From Phallusia mammillata (lineage: Eukaryota), in the NCBI GenBank assembly GCA_965637545.1, contig OZ281497.1, forward strand, positions 14,446,001 to 14,510,000: DNA of 64,000 bases. Reading direction: 5' to 3'. A program made the position numbers and the translations under genes. The notes under the pieces were generated by a model. The model had not been told where the DNA came from, searched no databases, and saw only the letters and a list, made by a program, of their open reading frames with translations. Below, one piece after another: positions 12,644-25,400 of the stretch; positions within the stretch are counted from its first letter, which is position 1; each line of letters begins with the position of its first letter.

Positions 12644-14917
12644 ATGGGTTCTGGTGGTTCGAAAAAGTTGCGTTCCATAAGTGTTACAAGGATTAATGAT
12701 TTAAAAACAGCTCCAGCACAACCAACAAGATCAAAAAGTGTTCCATCCAACCTAGGTTCCATTAAGACTCAACATTCATCCAACAAAGTAATTTTTAAAA
12801 TGACATGTAGAATATATGTCTAACATCACATCTTATATAGTAAAGCTGTAGATCTTGTGAACAACACCATCTATGAATCAATATTTACCCAAAGAAAGTA
12901 CATAAAAATTGTAAGCATTATTGTATTTCAAGAGCCACTATGCAAACAACCTTTCAAGAAAGTAGCCAAAAACCAAACTCTTTAACCTGCTATTTGCTTT
13001 GGATACAAAATATTTGACAGCATTATGGACTTGTTTGCAGAAGCTTGACAATAATGACCCCCGAAGCCAGACAAATGGCAAGTTGCCAGTCTCAGAAAGT
13101 GGAAGTGTTCAAGCAATGTCTGTCCAGAACCCCAGTCAGCTACCTAAAAAGGTGGATGCAGATGGTACTTTGGTAACCAATACACTGGAATGGACTGTAA
13201 CAGAACTGTACAATGTTATAGTAGCAGAATCTTGGCTAGCCCAACCTGAGATTCATAATCCAATGTATTTGCTACTGGTAGACTGCAGGTACTACAACGT
13301 TTTTGTTGGTCTTCTTTCAGTTATCTTTTAATGTAGTTTATGGTTTCAGGACTGCAGAGGAATATGCAAAGTCTCACATTGTCACTGCTAAACACCATTC
13401 TTCACTGAACACAGAGTTTGGTTGTCTTCTTAGCGTTCCAAGCCAACTTCAGGAATATGACATGATTGTTTTGTAAGTGTTTAACCTTTTGTTCCTTGAA
13501 TTGGGATTAAACCTTTCACTTTTCAGGTATGATGACATAGATGGTAGCATTTGTTCTGCACTTGATGCCAAGAACATTTCCTATTTTAAACTACATGGCT
13601 CATTTGGTCTATTTCAAACCAAATATCCCTTTTTATGCACCAACAAAGTGGTATCTACCAAAGAACAAAGAGCATATGAAACAAGGGTAAGTATAGCAAA
13701 CTTTGGTTTAAAGGCACCATCTTTAAGGGCATTTTGATTTTTTAGACATGGCCATCTGAAATCCTTGAGGATTGTTTGTACCAGGCTGCTGCTGATCATG
13801 CAACTGATGAGAAAATAATAAAAATTTTAGGTAATGGAAAATGTTTTTTTTTTTCAGAGAAAATGTTATTGTGAATAAAATATTTGTATGTACAGGAATT
13901 ACACACATTGTAAATGTAACACTGGATCAGCCAAATTCATTTCCTGACACAGTAAAGTATATGACAATAAGGTTGGATGATAAATCAATGGTGGATCTGG
14001 GTAGTTGGATTCCCAAAACTTCACAGTTCATATACGAAGCCATAGACAAGTATGAATATTGACCGTTCTTACAACATTACACTTTGGCAACTACCCATGT
14101 GGTGGTATGCTACACACATTGACATGTAGCTTATAACAGGATTCCCGCACAATTTTCATTTGTAAATTCCATGACTTTTCCAAAACAAAAAAATCGAGCA
14201 ATTCCCATCGTAAAACTAGTAAGAAGACTTTGGAAGATGCAGCCAATTTACCACACTTGCAACGAATATACAAACGTTACGTAATTAAAAAAAATTTTTA
14301 AATTCCTATATCTATCTGCCATTTTCAGGGTAAAACAGGCGCCGAATTCCATACTTTTTCAATGACTTGTTCAAAAGTTGGCTCTTTTCAAAACTTTTCC
14401 AGGCCTTAAAAATACAAATTTAAATTCCATAACTTTTCCAGGTTTTCCATGTCTGCAGGAACCCTGTTATAATTTAACACATTGTAATTAAAGTGCAGTT
14501 TGTCAAAGGTTGAGAAGAAAACTCAACAGTAAAAGAGTAAATGCAAAAAGAGCTGTAACGTTTATCCTTGTGAGGCCTTTTTTAAAGCGAATATAAAGCA
14601 ACTAGTTTGTTAAACCGCCAAAAATTGACCATCATGATGTGACAGTTTGTGCTGTTTATTTCAGTCCATTGGTTTCTGATAAAAAGAACAAAAACAAGGT
14701 TTTGGTTCATTGCAACATGGGCCGCAGCAGAAGCTCGACAATTGTTCTTGGCTATCTTATGCAAAAACTGAATTGGTCATTAAAAGATGCCAGTGAATGG
14801 TTGAAAGACTGTAGATCTACAGCCAAGCCCAACAATGGATTTCTTGACCAATTGCTGATACATGAAAGAACTGTTTTTGGAAGAAAACTGACTGACTTCA
14901 AAGACCTACCGTTTTAG
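12644..14917 (+). CDS. STYXL1/MK-STYX-like protein: rhodanese (CH2) domain plus dual-specificity phosphatase domain with intact HCx5R
   Basis: Exons give TELYN...YLLLVDCRTAEEYAKSHIVTA, YPFLCTNK, GITHIVNVT, VLVHCNMGRSRSSTIVLGYLM and KPNNGFLDQL; stop 14915-14917. The exon1/exon2 junction is unresolved. Confidence 0.8.
14137..14466. mobile_element. MITE in an intron of the STYXL1-like gene
   Basis: Imperfect TIRs CAGGATTCCCGCA / TGCAGGAACCCTG, flanked on both sides by TTATAA (14131-14136, 14467-14472). Confidence 0.7.
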
Positions 14918-16488
14918 ACATTTTATTTTGTGCACTTAGTTAGCGAGCAGTATGAATCTTTGCACTGAAATCATATAGTACACTTGTTTTTTAGATGTAT
15001 ACTTTTATATGAAGTTTATTTTTTTACTACTTTAATTATATTTGTAAATCATTTCTTTACATTTAATCATGTTTTGATATTGTATAACATACCTAATTGG
15101 TGGTACCATACAATTGGGCAATTTTTGAAATTTTGCACATAGCAATGTTTATTGTTGAAATATGGGTAAGAAATACTGCTTGAGATGATTCCCTAAACGT
15201 ATGCTTTTGGGGCCAACCAATACCTGCTTCAATTTGAAAGAAACAAACACAAAATACTCATTTTATGATTAAAAATAGGAAGTACAGAATCCCTACTAGT
15301 ACTGTGACCTTGCTTTCTTTCTTTCTCTGACAAAGTATTCACTCGTGAAGAAGCGTACTTGTTTGGATATTACTAACGGAACGTACACAAAATAAATTAG
15401 AGCAATGCAAGGAGAGCAAACAAGTTAAATGTCAATTTGAGCAACATCAGATGTACACAGACGTATTTCTGGTGGTCAACAAAATCACAGTGACGCCAAG
15501 CTTCGTGTACGACATATAACAGCAAGTTCCACTACTTTGTCAACACACGGCACAATAAACCGTGCATCGTCGCAAAACTTTGAAAGAGAACTTGTGGTGG
15601 CAGATATACGTTACGCAACTAAGGCCAATATGTAATGCACACAACTATAATAAACAAAGCTATTGTATTGCACAAGCATGAAAAGCACTTCAGTTTGTCT
15701 TGGCAGTGCCTACCGGTTTGGTATTGCCCCAAGAACAGAAATATAATGTTACACCATGGTATATTGTTACATGTGGTATGCAGATATCAGTATGCGTTTG
15801 CACGGATATAAGTTTGGTCCAGATAGTGGCCATGCAGACATGCAAAAATATATGAACATGCTTCAAATGAGATCTTGCTAAATCAGCAAACGAAGAAAGC
15901 TTTTAGATCAGCCGTTGTTTTGTAGTTTCCATACTTTCACAGAGCGATCGCTAAGAAATGAAAAAAATGTTTATCAAGGACTGCAAAAAGAGGTAGGAAT
16001 ATTTGTACCCTAGTAACCAGTTGCAAAAAACAAAAAAATATCCTATGAAAACAAAAGCAACAATACAAGAGCATGCAACCCTAATGTCAGAAAAATAAAA
16101 CATTTCTAACTATCTGATTCAACAAGACTATTTTTCTGCTGGCAAACCACCTCAGAAAACCATTTGTCGCTAGACACTATATATAATACTAAACATGATA
16201 AATTTATCATGAAACAAACTAAATCAAACCTTTTACCAAAAAAGAAAACTTTTGTTCATGCAAAATTAGGAGTGTCTTGTAAACAATTTTACAAGCAGTG
16301 TTAAATTTGGTTAGATTCAGCATATTATTGGCGGCGATTAATTTGCAATGTGTCAAATTACCGAAATTTGACACAAGTTTGTTTTGTAAAAAATACAGAT
16401 TATTAGTCGTGACAACTATATGGTTATGTGTGTGATTGCCGGTACTTTAACACTGTGGTTCGGAGACGGTATTTCTCCCTAACATGTG

Positions 16489-19400
16489 TCATCTATCCCG
16501 TTTTCTTCTCCAAACTTTAACAGTTGTATCGCTGTTGAATAAAGAATTGTTACAAAAATGTTTCTTTCTGTGATAAAATACAATAAACGACCTAGTCGGG
16601 TTCGCAAACTGCTGGGGTTTGCGAAGCGATTTTGCTGAGACCGCGAGAAGCTTGAACTTTTTTCACAATCTATGTAAAGTCAGGTCATGCGACCAGGTTT
16701 TTTTTAAGGTTTGGTTTGGGTGACCGCTAAGTAGTTTTAAGAGACCGCAAGTGTTTCATTTAAATACCAAAAAATAGCCATATTTGCATTTGGGAAACCG
16801 CTGGAGAAATTTGAAAACACCTTAAAAAAAAACACTGCATGCGACTATCATGAGAAAATGGTCCTTTATTTCCTGAGCGACCTTTATCACTAATAGGCCA
16901 AATACAATTACCATTGTTAGACAGAAAACTAGCGGTCTGATAAAACAAAACAAGCTATCACTAACAAGGTCAAGCTGAACACAACTAATTTGTACTAAAA
17001 TAGATTTGAAGGCAACATTATTTAATAATTCAAACGACTCCGGGACGCACAAATTTTATTTAATGGGTCGCACGATGCCTGTGGGCCGCGGTTTGCATAT
17101 ACTTGCTATATTTTGTTACAACTAACAAACGAAGGCGATTTTTCATGCACATTTTAGCATTGTTTTAGTCTTGTCTTTAACATAATCGACTCCGAGTAAC
17201 ATGAAGTGCAATTTCCCTTATAGCTTACGAATAGATGCGTTTGTATTACTCACAGGGCTGTCCGAAACTCAAATGTAAAGTTTATAATCTGAACCTTTGA
17301 CAGAGCAGGTTGAACAGCCCTGTTATAGAGACTTGCAAAGTAAATGCAGGACATTTAAGGTGATATTAATGACACAACAAACGGAGTAAGCTATTGGTAC
17401 CAAGTATGGGCAATTTTATTTTAATGCATTCAACGTTGTGTTGCCAGAATCATTAAACATATTTTTTCTTTTGTTTCGGGTTTGAGTTCTGCCGAACGAT
17501 TGTTTTAAGAATAAAAAAATGTGGTAACTGATTAGTGTAACCCAGTGGTCGGCAACCGCCGGTCCGCGAGGAGTTCGTTACCCGGCCGTAGATTTTTTTA
17601 GTTTAAATGCTATAAAACATTTAGCCCATGTATCCCGGGGATGATAAACTACTTTAATCGTTTTTATTGCTAAATATTTGTAGTTTTTTTAAGACTGGTC
17701 CGCGATAAAATTTTAGTTTCAAAAACGGTCCTCAGTGCAAAAAAGGTTGCCGACCCCTGGTGTAACCGACCAGAACGTAACCAAAGTGGTGAAATGTATA
17801 GGCGATGTCAGCTGCATGTTTTCCAGGAGTGACTGAAGGTGAAAACTTACCTCGATGCAGTAAAAATATGTTGTCTATTTGAAGCAATGCAATTAATCGT
17901 CTCTGAATGTGCGCGAACTGAACCAATGGATCCAAAGCTTTCCATATCCCACAGTTTAAGCATGCCACCTCTGCCACCCGACACCAATATTTCATCCCCA
18001 TCATCAGAGTTGATAAGATCGAGAGCACAAACCCAGTTAATGTGTGCTTGGTACTCGGACTAAAACAAATGTGACACATATGGCAATAAATACCCTTTTT
18101 TCATGACACATTACTTTACACTCAAAAGGTCGTTGACTTATTCTGGTCTGTTACTGGAAACATTTGCTTATTATTCTGTTTAAACATAAACGTTTACTTT
18201 TTTACACATTACAATTGTAACATGATGAAGCATACATTAAACACACTACTGATTTAGGCCTCCCTGAGTCATAGTTTTTCGTAGTTTATAAGTATGATAT
18301 ACAAATAAGGTTTAGTTTTATCCACTTACTTTCATAACTGACTTGGATTTCATGTCCCATTTCTTAATGGACTTGTCTCTAGAGCCAGAAAAGAGTATCT
18401 GTGATGCCGGTGAATAAGCAAGAGATTCCACGCCATCCATATGTGGAGGTTCCAAAGCTTGTGAAGGGCTGATATTCCCTTGAATACCGTTGGCATAATC
18501 ATAAACCTACAGGGAAGCAACAAAATTCAAATAAACAAGTTTTGGCATTCACACATATTTCTCCAAGCCCAAAGATTTATTTTTTTGATAAAAAACACAG
18601 GCATTAAAATACAATAATCTGTGCAAGCTGGGTGATCGGACCAACAGAAGCCTTGTGGATTTTAGCTGTTACTGTTTTTTTTGCCGAATGTTTCATGACT
18701 GAACGTTTCCCAGGCATGATAGAACCGTAATTATTCAAGAGTGATATGTGTTATCACCAAGATATGGTTAATATATTTTACAAATTTTCTAAATGACCAC
18801 GTTCGGGCAAGTATTCAGAAGAAAAAAACATTTCCCGACCTAATGGCTTGGCTAACATGAAATGTAAAGTTCCAAGCAACACTTTTACCTTAATAAAGTG
18901 ATCCTTGGCTCCTGTAATAACCGTCGATTCATTTTTAGGGACAACCAGCGTCATAATATTCCCTGTGTGACCAGTGAGTTTGCCAACAATGGAAAATCTT
19001 AACAGAAGAAATAAAAATGTAAATTTGCAAAATGTTGGTTTGATGAATGCTGTTAAAATTACTTGTTGAGTTCCCATATTTTAACATGCGTTGACGAGGC
19101 ACAAAAGAGCATCTTTGAATCTGGACTTAGCTGAATATCATTGATTTGATGTTCATTGTCTGGCATTTTGTTTGTCCGTGACATTGTGCCCATAAAACTG
19201 CTTGGCAAATGGTGTGTGCCAGATGTACTAAAAAAGCAATCAGGGAGTTGAATTGAAACAAATGGTTCATGTATAGCCAACAACTTAATCTTAAATATAT
19301 AAGCTAATTGAAAAACAACCACAAAAAGTGATGAGTGTGTGAGTTTGATTATATTAAGAAACAATGCAACAAATCGGGAGTTAATACATCAAACAACTCT

Positions 19401-22400
19401 GTAAATATCTATCCAAGGGCTGAAAAAGATTGTTTTGTCATCATTTCATGGCAGAGGTGCTTAGTCAAGTTACGGGACAAACCAACATCCAGATAAAAAC
19501 CAAATGGTAAACGAAATGAGAAACAAAAAGAACTGAAAAGTGTATAAAGTACAATAAGGAAAATACCTTAACACTCGAACACACTTGGCATGGCTTCTGA
19601 TGTCCCAAACCTTGATGTAACAGAGTGATACACTGTATACAAGACCAGTGTGTGGACAGTGGCGAACAACCTGAGAAACATTTTTAAGTTTATTGCTTCA
19701 AAAAATTTTTTTACTGATTTTTATATTACCAGTCAAGAGTAAAAAATATATGACCAGAAAAACTTCATGCATAACTCTCATTAAGCATTTTTGTTATTGT
19801 TAGTAAACCGTATCACAAAGCCTCTAAAACATATTTACGTTGACATTGTTTGGGTGACCATCCAGTGACATTATTTCCTGCCCAGTCACCAAATTCCACA
19901 CTTTCACAGATCGATCTACACAAATAAAAGTGGTATTAACTTTAGTTAACTATTACCTTGCGAATGAAAAAGCCAATACAAACAAGATGTTTCCTTAAAT
20001 TAAAAACTCCCACCTTTAGATGCTGAAAAAAGCAGATGGTCAGTGGCTTGAACAGACAACACCGGTTTGTGGTGACCTTCGGCAACTTGTACACATGTCA
20101 GTGGTGAAGATCGTGGAGTGGTGACTTTAGGATTGTAGGGATTCATGCGACCTCTAAACAAACAAGATTTAAATAACAGGTTACTTTTGTTATATCAGGT
20201 AGATAAATGACAAAAACCATGCATCCTACATATTGTTGACTTAGCCTGGTAAAGGTACTGCACGTTAATAGTTTAATGTATGAATGGTTTATGCCAAGTC
20301 ACTATCCAAGCACAATATCAAGCATGCCTGGTGACAAAAAACTTTCTGAACTTGTAAAATGATAGGCTAGGTTTAACAAAAAGTAAGATAAATGAAAGAA
20401 TTAATAAACCCTTTCTCCACATATTTTTTTTTCTATTACTACACAATGTAAATATGGCATCACACAAGATGAACGTGCTTGGTCAAGAACTGAACATGCT
20501 TGTTAACACAAACAAGTTGATTGCTGCAACAACATTATTTTAAGACCCAGACAAGTAGATACAACAGTTAAAAATAAACTACATATATACACACAATGGC
20601 ATGAAACATTATTTTAGTAATATCAAACAAAACAAATTGAGCTTGGCATAATAGTAAACAGATTAATATTATTACGAGAAACAAAAAAAACTATTACGAT
20701 TTAAAGCAGCTCCAACTGGGGTTCACATGTTTGCGCGATTGGTCTATTGATGAAAAAGTTGTTCAAGTTCAGTTTTTTAAAATAAAGGTGACTAGAAGGT
20801 GTTTTAGGGGGCCTCAAGTGCAGGGGCCCTCATGAATGACAACTACCAACACCAAGCGAGGTTCCACACCTCCAAGCAGTCGAAATTTTACCCTGGGACC
20901 TTCCATTATGTGAAGGTACATTGTGAGTCACACTTTTTAACTTTTGTAATGCATAGAACTCTACATTATTTGGTATGCAGGATGCCAGTGGTTTTGATGG
21001 ATACTTGGAAGGAAACTAACACTATTAAAGGTTGAGAAGCAATGAAATTCTTTTTTTATTTTTATATTTTGCACAAGACTCAATTGTATTTGATTAACTC
21101 GACATATCTTCAAAAAAAGTCTATTACCGCAACAAATCGGCTGAAAACCACAGATTTAAAGCAACAATTTTTGTTTTTAGATCTATTGCAGTAAAGCATA
21201 AAAATCATTTTGCAATTTGACTGTTTTGTCATTTGCTATACGTCTACACCAGCAGCAGTAAGAAATAGTGAACGGAATTAGGATTATGACATCCCAGAAA
21301 CTTATAGGTAGCATGAAACTTCTCTGAGGCACACATATCTTGCACACAACTATTCTAAGCAGCTACACAATTAAACTGAGGTTTCTCAGCACATGCAATT
21401 ACGACAAAACGATTTACACATGTTACCTTTGCCCAGGCACTGTTGCCAGTGTATAATCACTACAGAAAAAGTACATAAGTTTAACTGCACATATCCATCA
21501 ATATTTTTTTACACATGTTGGTGCCTTTAACTAGTCTAGGGATATTTGTATGCATCAATCATTGTTATCACCTAATCTGGTTTATCACAAAAAATCCATC
21601 TGTCCTTCATAAGTGCTTATATACTGAGTGTCATTGTAACAAATTACAAAGCAAAAAAAACAACTGTGTGGTACTGACTTGTTTGATCTTGGAGAAGATA
21701 AGGCATAGGTAGTAAGACGAGAAAAAACATTTGCCGGAATAGATGTCTTTGCACGAGGTGCAACTGGCGATCCCGGTGGAGTTTCCAATATCGAAGGTTT
21801 TGTTTCACTAAATAAACAAGTTTTGTCTTTGGGTGTACAAAATCCCACACAAAAAACAAATTGTTTTTCACACCATATTGGATTTACATTACATACACAA
21901 AACAAAATTCCACAAAATAAAACAACTTTACACACCATATTAGATTTGCATTAACATACACAGCTTAACAGTTCCATCACCTGTCAACAGAAGTATCAGT
22001 TGTTATCTGGGGAGGTTTTAATGCATCAACAGTTGCATCTTCCTTGGTATAGGTACCAAGTCTTTGACGAGGTGTCACCTGTACAAAATTATTGTTAATA
22101 TTGTTTTAAACTGTGCACCAACCACAAAACAAACCTCAATGGCATTTTCTGATGGTTCATCAAAACCCTGTATGTTGTCAGCTGTGATGGTTTCATTTGG
22201 AGATTTTCCAGGGTCAGGAGTTGAAGTACCATTCAGTAGTCGCTCTCCACTTAAAATTAACTCATCACTGCCAGCTTTCTGCATATAGATGTTCTGGATA
22301 GGGCTTGCCATGCCATGTAACAACTCCTGAAAGTAAATTAAAATTGAAACATAAAAGTTGGTTGAATATTTGAGATAAATTCAATACTGGGGTCAACCCT

Positions 22401-25400
22401 GAAGCATCTATACCAGAGATCCAGTGATCATGGCACACTCAAATATAGATCAGGGGTCACCAAACTACAGTACGTGGGCCAGATTCAGCCCGCAAGGTTA
22501 TTTTATCCGGCCCGTGACCACATTTTTTACTTTGCCAAATCGTATTGATAACTTCGTAACACTCAAAAATTAATCTATTCTTTGCGAGAGCTTTTTTGTC
22601 GCGAAATGTAGAATTGATACTAGAAGGGTGGCTTAGCATATTTTGTTGTTGCATTTACACTATAACCTATTTTAAAACATAAATATATTTCCTATGCTTA
22701 ATTTGTATTGGGTCCCATATTAGCCATCGTCTTTTATAACCTTAGTCATTTCTGCAGGCAGAAACTCATGGGTCCCCACACATGTAAAGTTAAAAATAGT
22801 GCATTTCAAGAGATAACCACAGTCCACATGCTACCCAAACTTTAGCCCATCCCTACACTGTTTAATAAACTTACTTATTTAGGTGGCTGGTAGGGTTACT
22901 AATGTGGTTTGACATTAAACTAAAAAAATATGAACCCTCAATGACTCGATCAATAGTACTGGAAAATTTCAGCCCAATCTGCCAATGTTTAAAATTTCGA
23001 CCACTAGATGTGTTTTGAGCAACAACCGTTAATGCTTCTGACGTCATAGGGCTTTAACAACCCCCTAACTGCCATGGCGCAAAAACGTCTACCAATTAAC
23101 GCACCAGCCAGTAACATACAACTGGTTGCACTTGTAAGACTATTGCACCACAGAATTTTTTCGTTTGTGGTGCCCAGTAACATACAAATATGTTTTACAC
23201 TTTGGGGGCTTGTGGGGTAAATGTTGGGGCTACAGGGTTGAATACAACATTCAACACCTATAAATGTCATACTCTACAAGCTATCCAAATTTCAGCCAAT
23301 TCCGACATTGTTCACAAACTCACCCATTTTAGGTTGCTAGTGAGGTAAATACTGGGGTTATTAACAAAAAAGTGGTATGCACATCTACATAACTGTATCC
23401 ACCATTTGTGTAAATTTCATCCAAGTCCATCAAACATTTGATGGAAAAACGGGTCGGACAAACTTTGGGAAGAAAATAACCCCATTTATGGGGCTAGCAG
23501 GGTAAATACTGGGGTTATCAACAAAAACAAAGTGGGATGCACATCTACATACCTATATCTACCATCTGTGTAAATTTCATCCAAACCCATCAAACATTTG
23601 ATGGAAAAACGGGTCGGACAAACTTTGGGAAGAAAAAAGAAAGAAAAAAATTCGAGTAAAATCAATGTGTCCCCTTCAGGGAAGGGGACCCATAATTACC
23701 TAGTTTCAAAGGATGCCCAGGATTAATCCGAATCCAGTGTGTGACGTCACAGACATGACTACAAGTGTTAATTGTGAGCAAACAATTGCCTTCTTTCGTT
23801 ACTTGTGACGAAATATCCAAGCATTGCTCATAAGATAAGGCCAACTATACAGTTTAACAGGCTGATCACCCAATTTTAAATGGAATTGTAAAGACCATAT
23901 CTTGGTGCTCCTATAAAAATCGTCTCGCGGGCTAAGTTTGGAAAGATGGTGCTAGGGCATGTAAACTATGCGGCCCACGTGAATCATTTTGAAACTTCTC
24001 CAGCCCACAGTGAAAAAAGTTTGGTGACCCCTGATATAGATCATAGTGACATTGTTTAAGTTATATCACCTGGGGTGTGGCAGTACGGCGTCTTGCTTTT
24101 GGCTCCTTCTGTGCAGGCTTTAAGTTTCCTTTCCTATCACCCTTAGCTGAAAAGACATTGATAGCAGGCTCGAAACTTTCATCATTTCGACCAGGTGAAG
24201 AATCTCTTGAGCTACTGCTGCTGTCACTAGCATAGCCTGAAAAAATACTTAAATTAAATCCTCTGGAAGTTAGATAGTTGCTTCTACTTAACAAAACATA
24301 AACCACATGTAGATGATGATAAAAGTTTTCTATCAGTGTTAATAAAATTATATGATGCATTTTAATGTAGACAATTTCACTACACACTGGTACTATGAAA
24401 CAAAACTTACTGAAGAATGAATTTACCCACAAACTAGTATACCCAAATACAACAACAATACCTTGCATATATTCATTAATGCATTCTGTGTTGCTGGTGT
24501 CAAGGTTAGGTCCTTCTTCAAGCATGTACCGCATCAAATCATGTGCCTGCTTTGATGATTGTTCAGTCTCCCTCAGGCGAGATTGCAAGTCTTCCATCTG
24601 GAATACATAAACCACATGAACTAATTGCAGTACAAATTGGAAGCAGACAATTTATGCAAAAAAAACATGTTTAGTACAGACTATGTACAATCGATTAAAA
24701 ATACACTGTTGTAAGGCTCAGTGATGTCAACTTATTCTGCCTACCTTGCTCTGCGCCTGGACTACAATAGCAGATTTTGTGACAGCCATTGGAATTAAAT
24801 TTTCTAGCATGTATCGTGCTTCGTTCACTGAACAGGTTTGTATCACATTTGATACCATTGCATTGTCTTCCATGGATTCTTCCACCTGTAACAATAAAAA
24901 ATTAAAGGCAAATAGAAGGATATGAATAAAATGCAAGGTTTGTTGGTTAACTTTCACATCCCGTGTTAACACTCACTAATGCATGTTTGAGATAGTATGA
25001 CTTCACACAGACTTGAAATAACTATAAAATATTTGCCATATTTTTACACCCACAAAACAAGTATAATCACAGCTGTTTTATTTTTCTAGCTATTATGAAA
25101 TCATCAGCAAATTTTAAACAAGTTCTCCAAAACATGGTGAGAGTCATTCTTTTAAAATCTGTGCTTCATTTGTTTTTGTTTTTAAATACACAAACAACAA
25201 ACCTGCATTATTTCCATTTGACAATCCTGAATCTGCTCATTGACGTAATCAATGTTTTCCTGTAGAGTGTCTTCCTCGTCCCTTAATTGTTGTCTCAAAG
25301 AATATTTCTAAAACCAGAGAAAAATGAATCTAATACAAAGAAAGATAATAATATGGAAAGAGCATTTCCCACCTCGCCTTTTACTGATGCACGGGTCCTC

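Noticed and set aside
15420-15640. ~64-codon stop-free stretch on + strand (ATSDVHRRISGG...KANM*)
   Set aside because: No start codon, no convincing splice acceptor and no homology recognised; lies between convergent 3' ends and is probably UTR.
17732-17850. Apparent KIF21 end by read-through or splicing into 17810-17760
   Set aside because: Gives an immediate stop. The phase-compatible final exon SDTTVKVW is at ~16489-16532.
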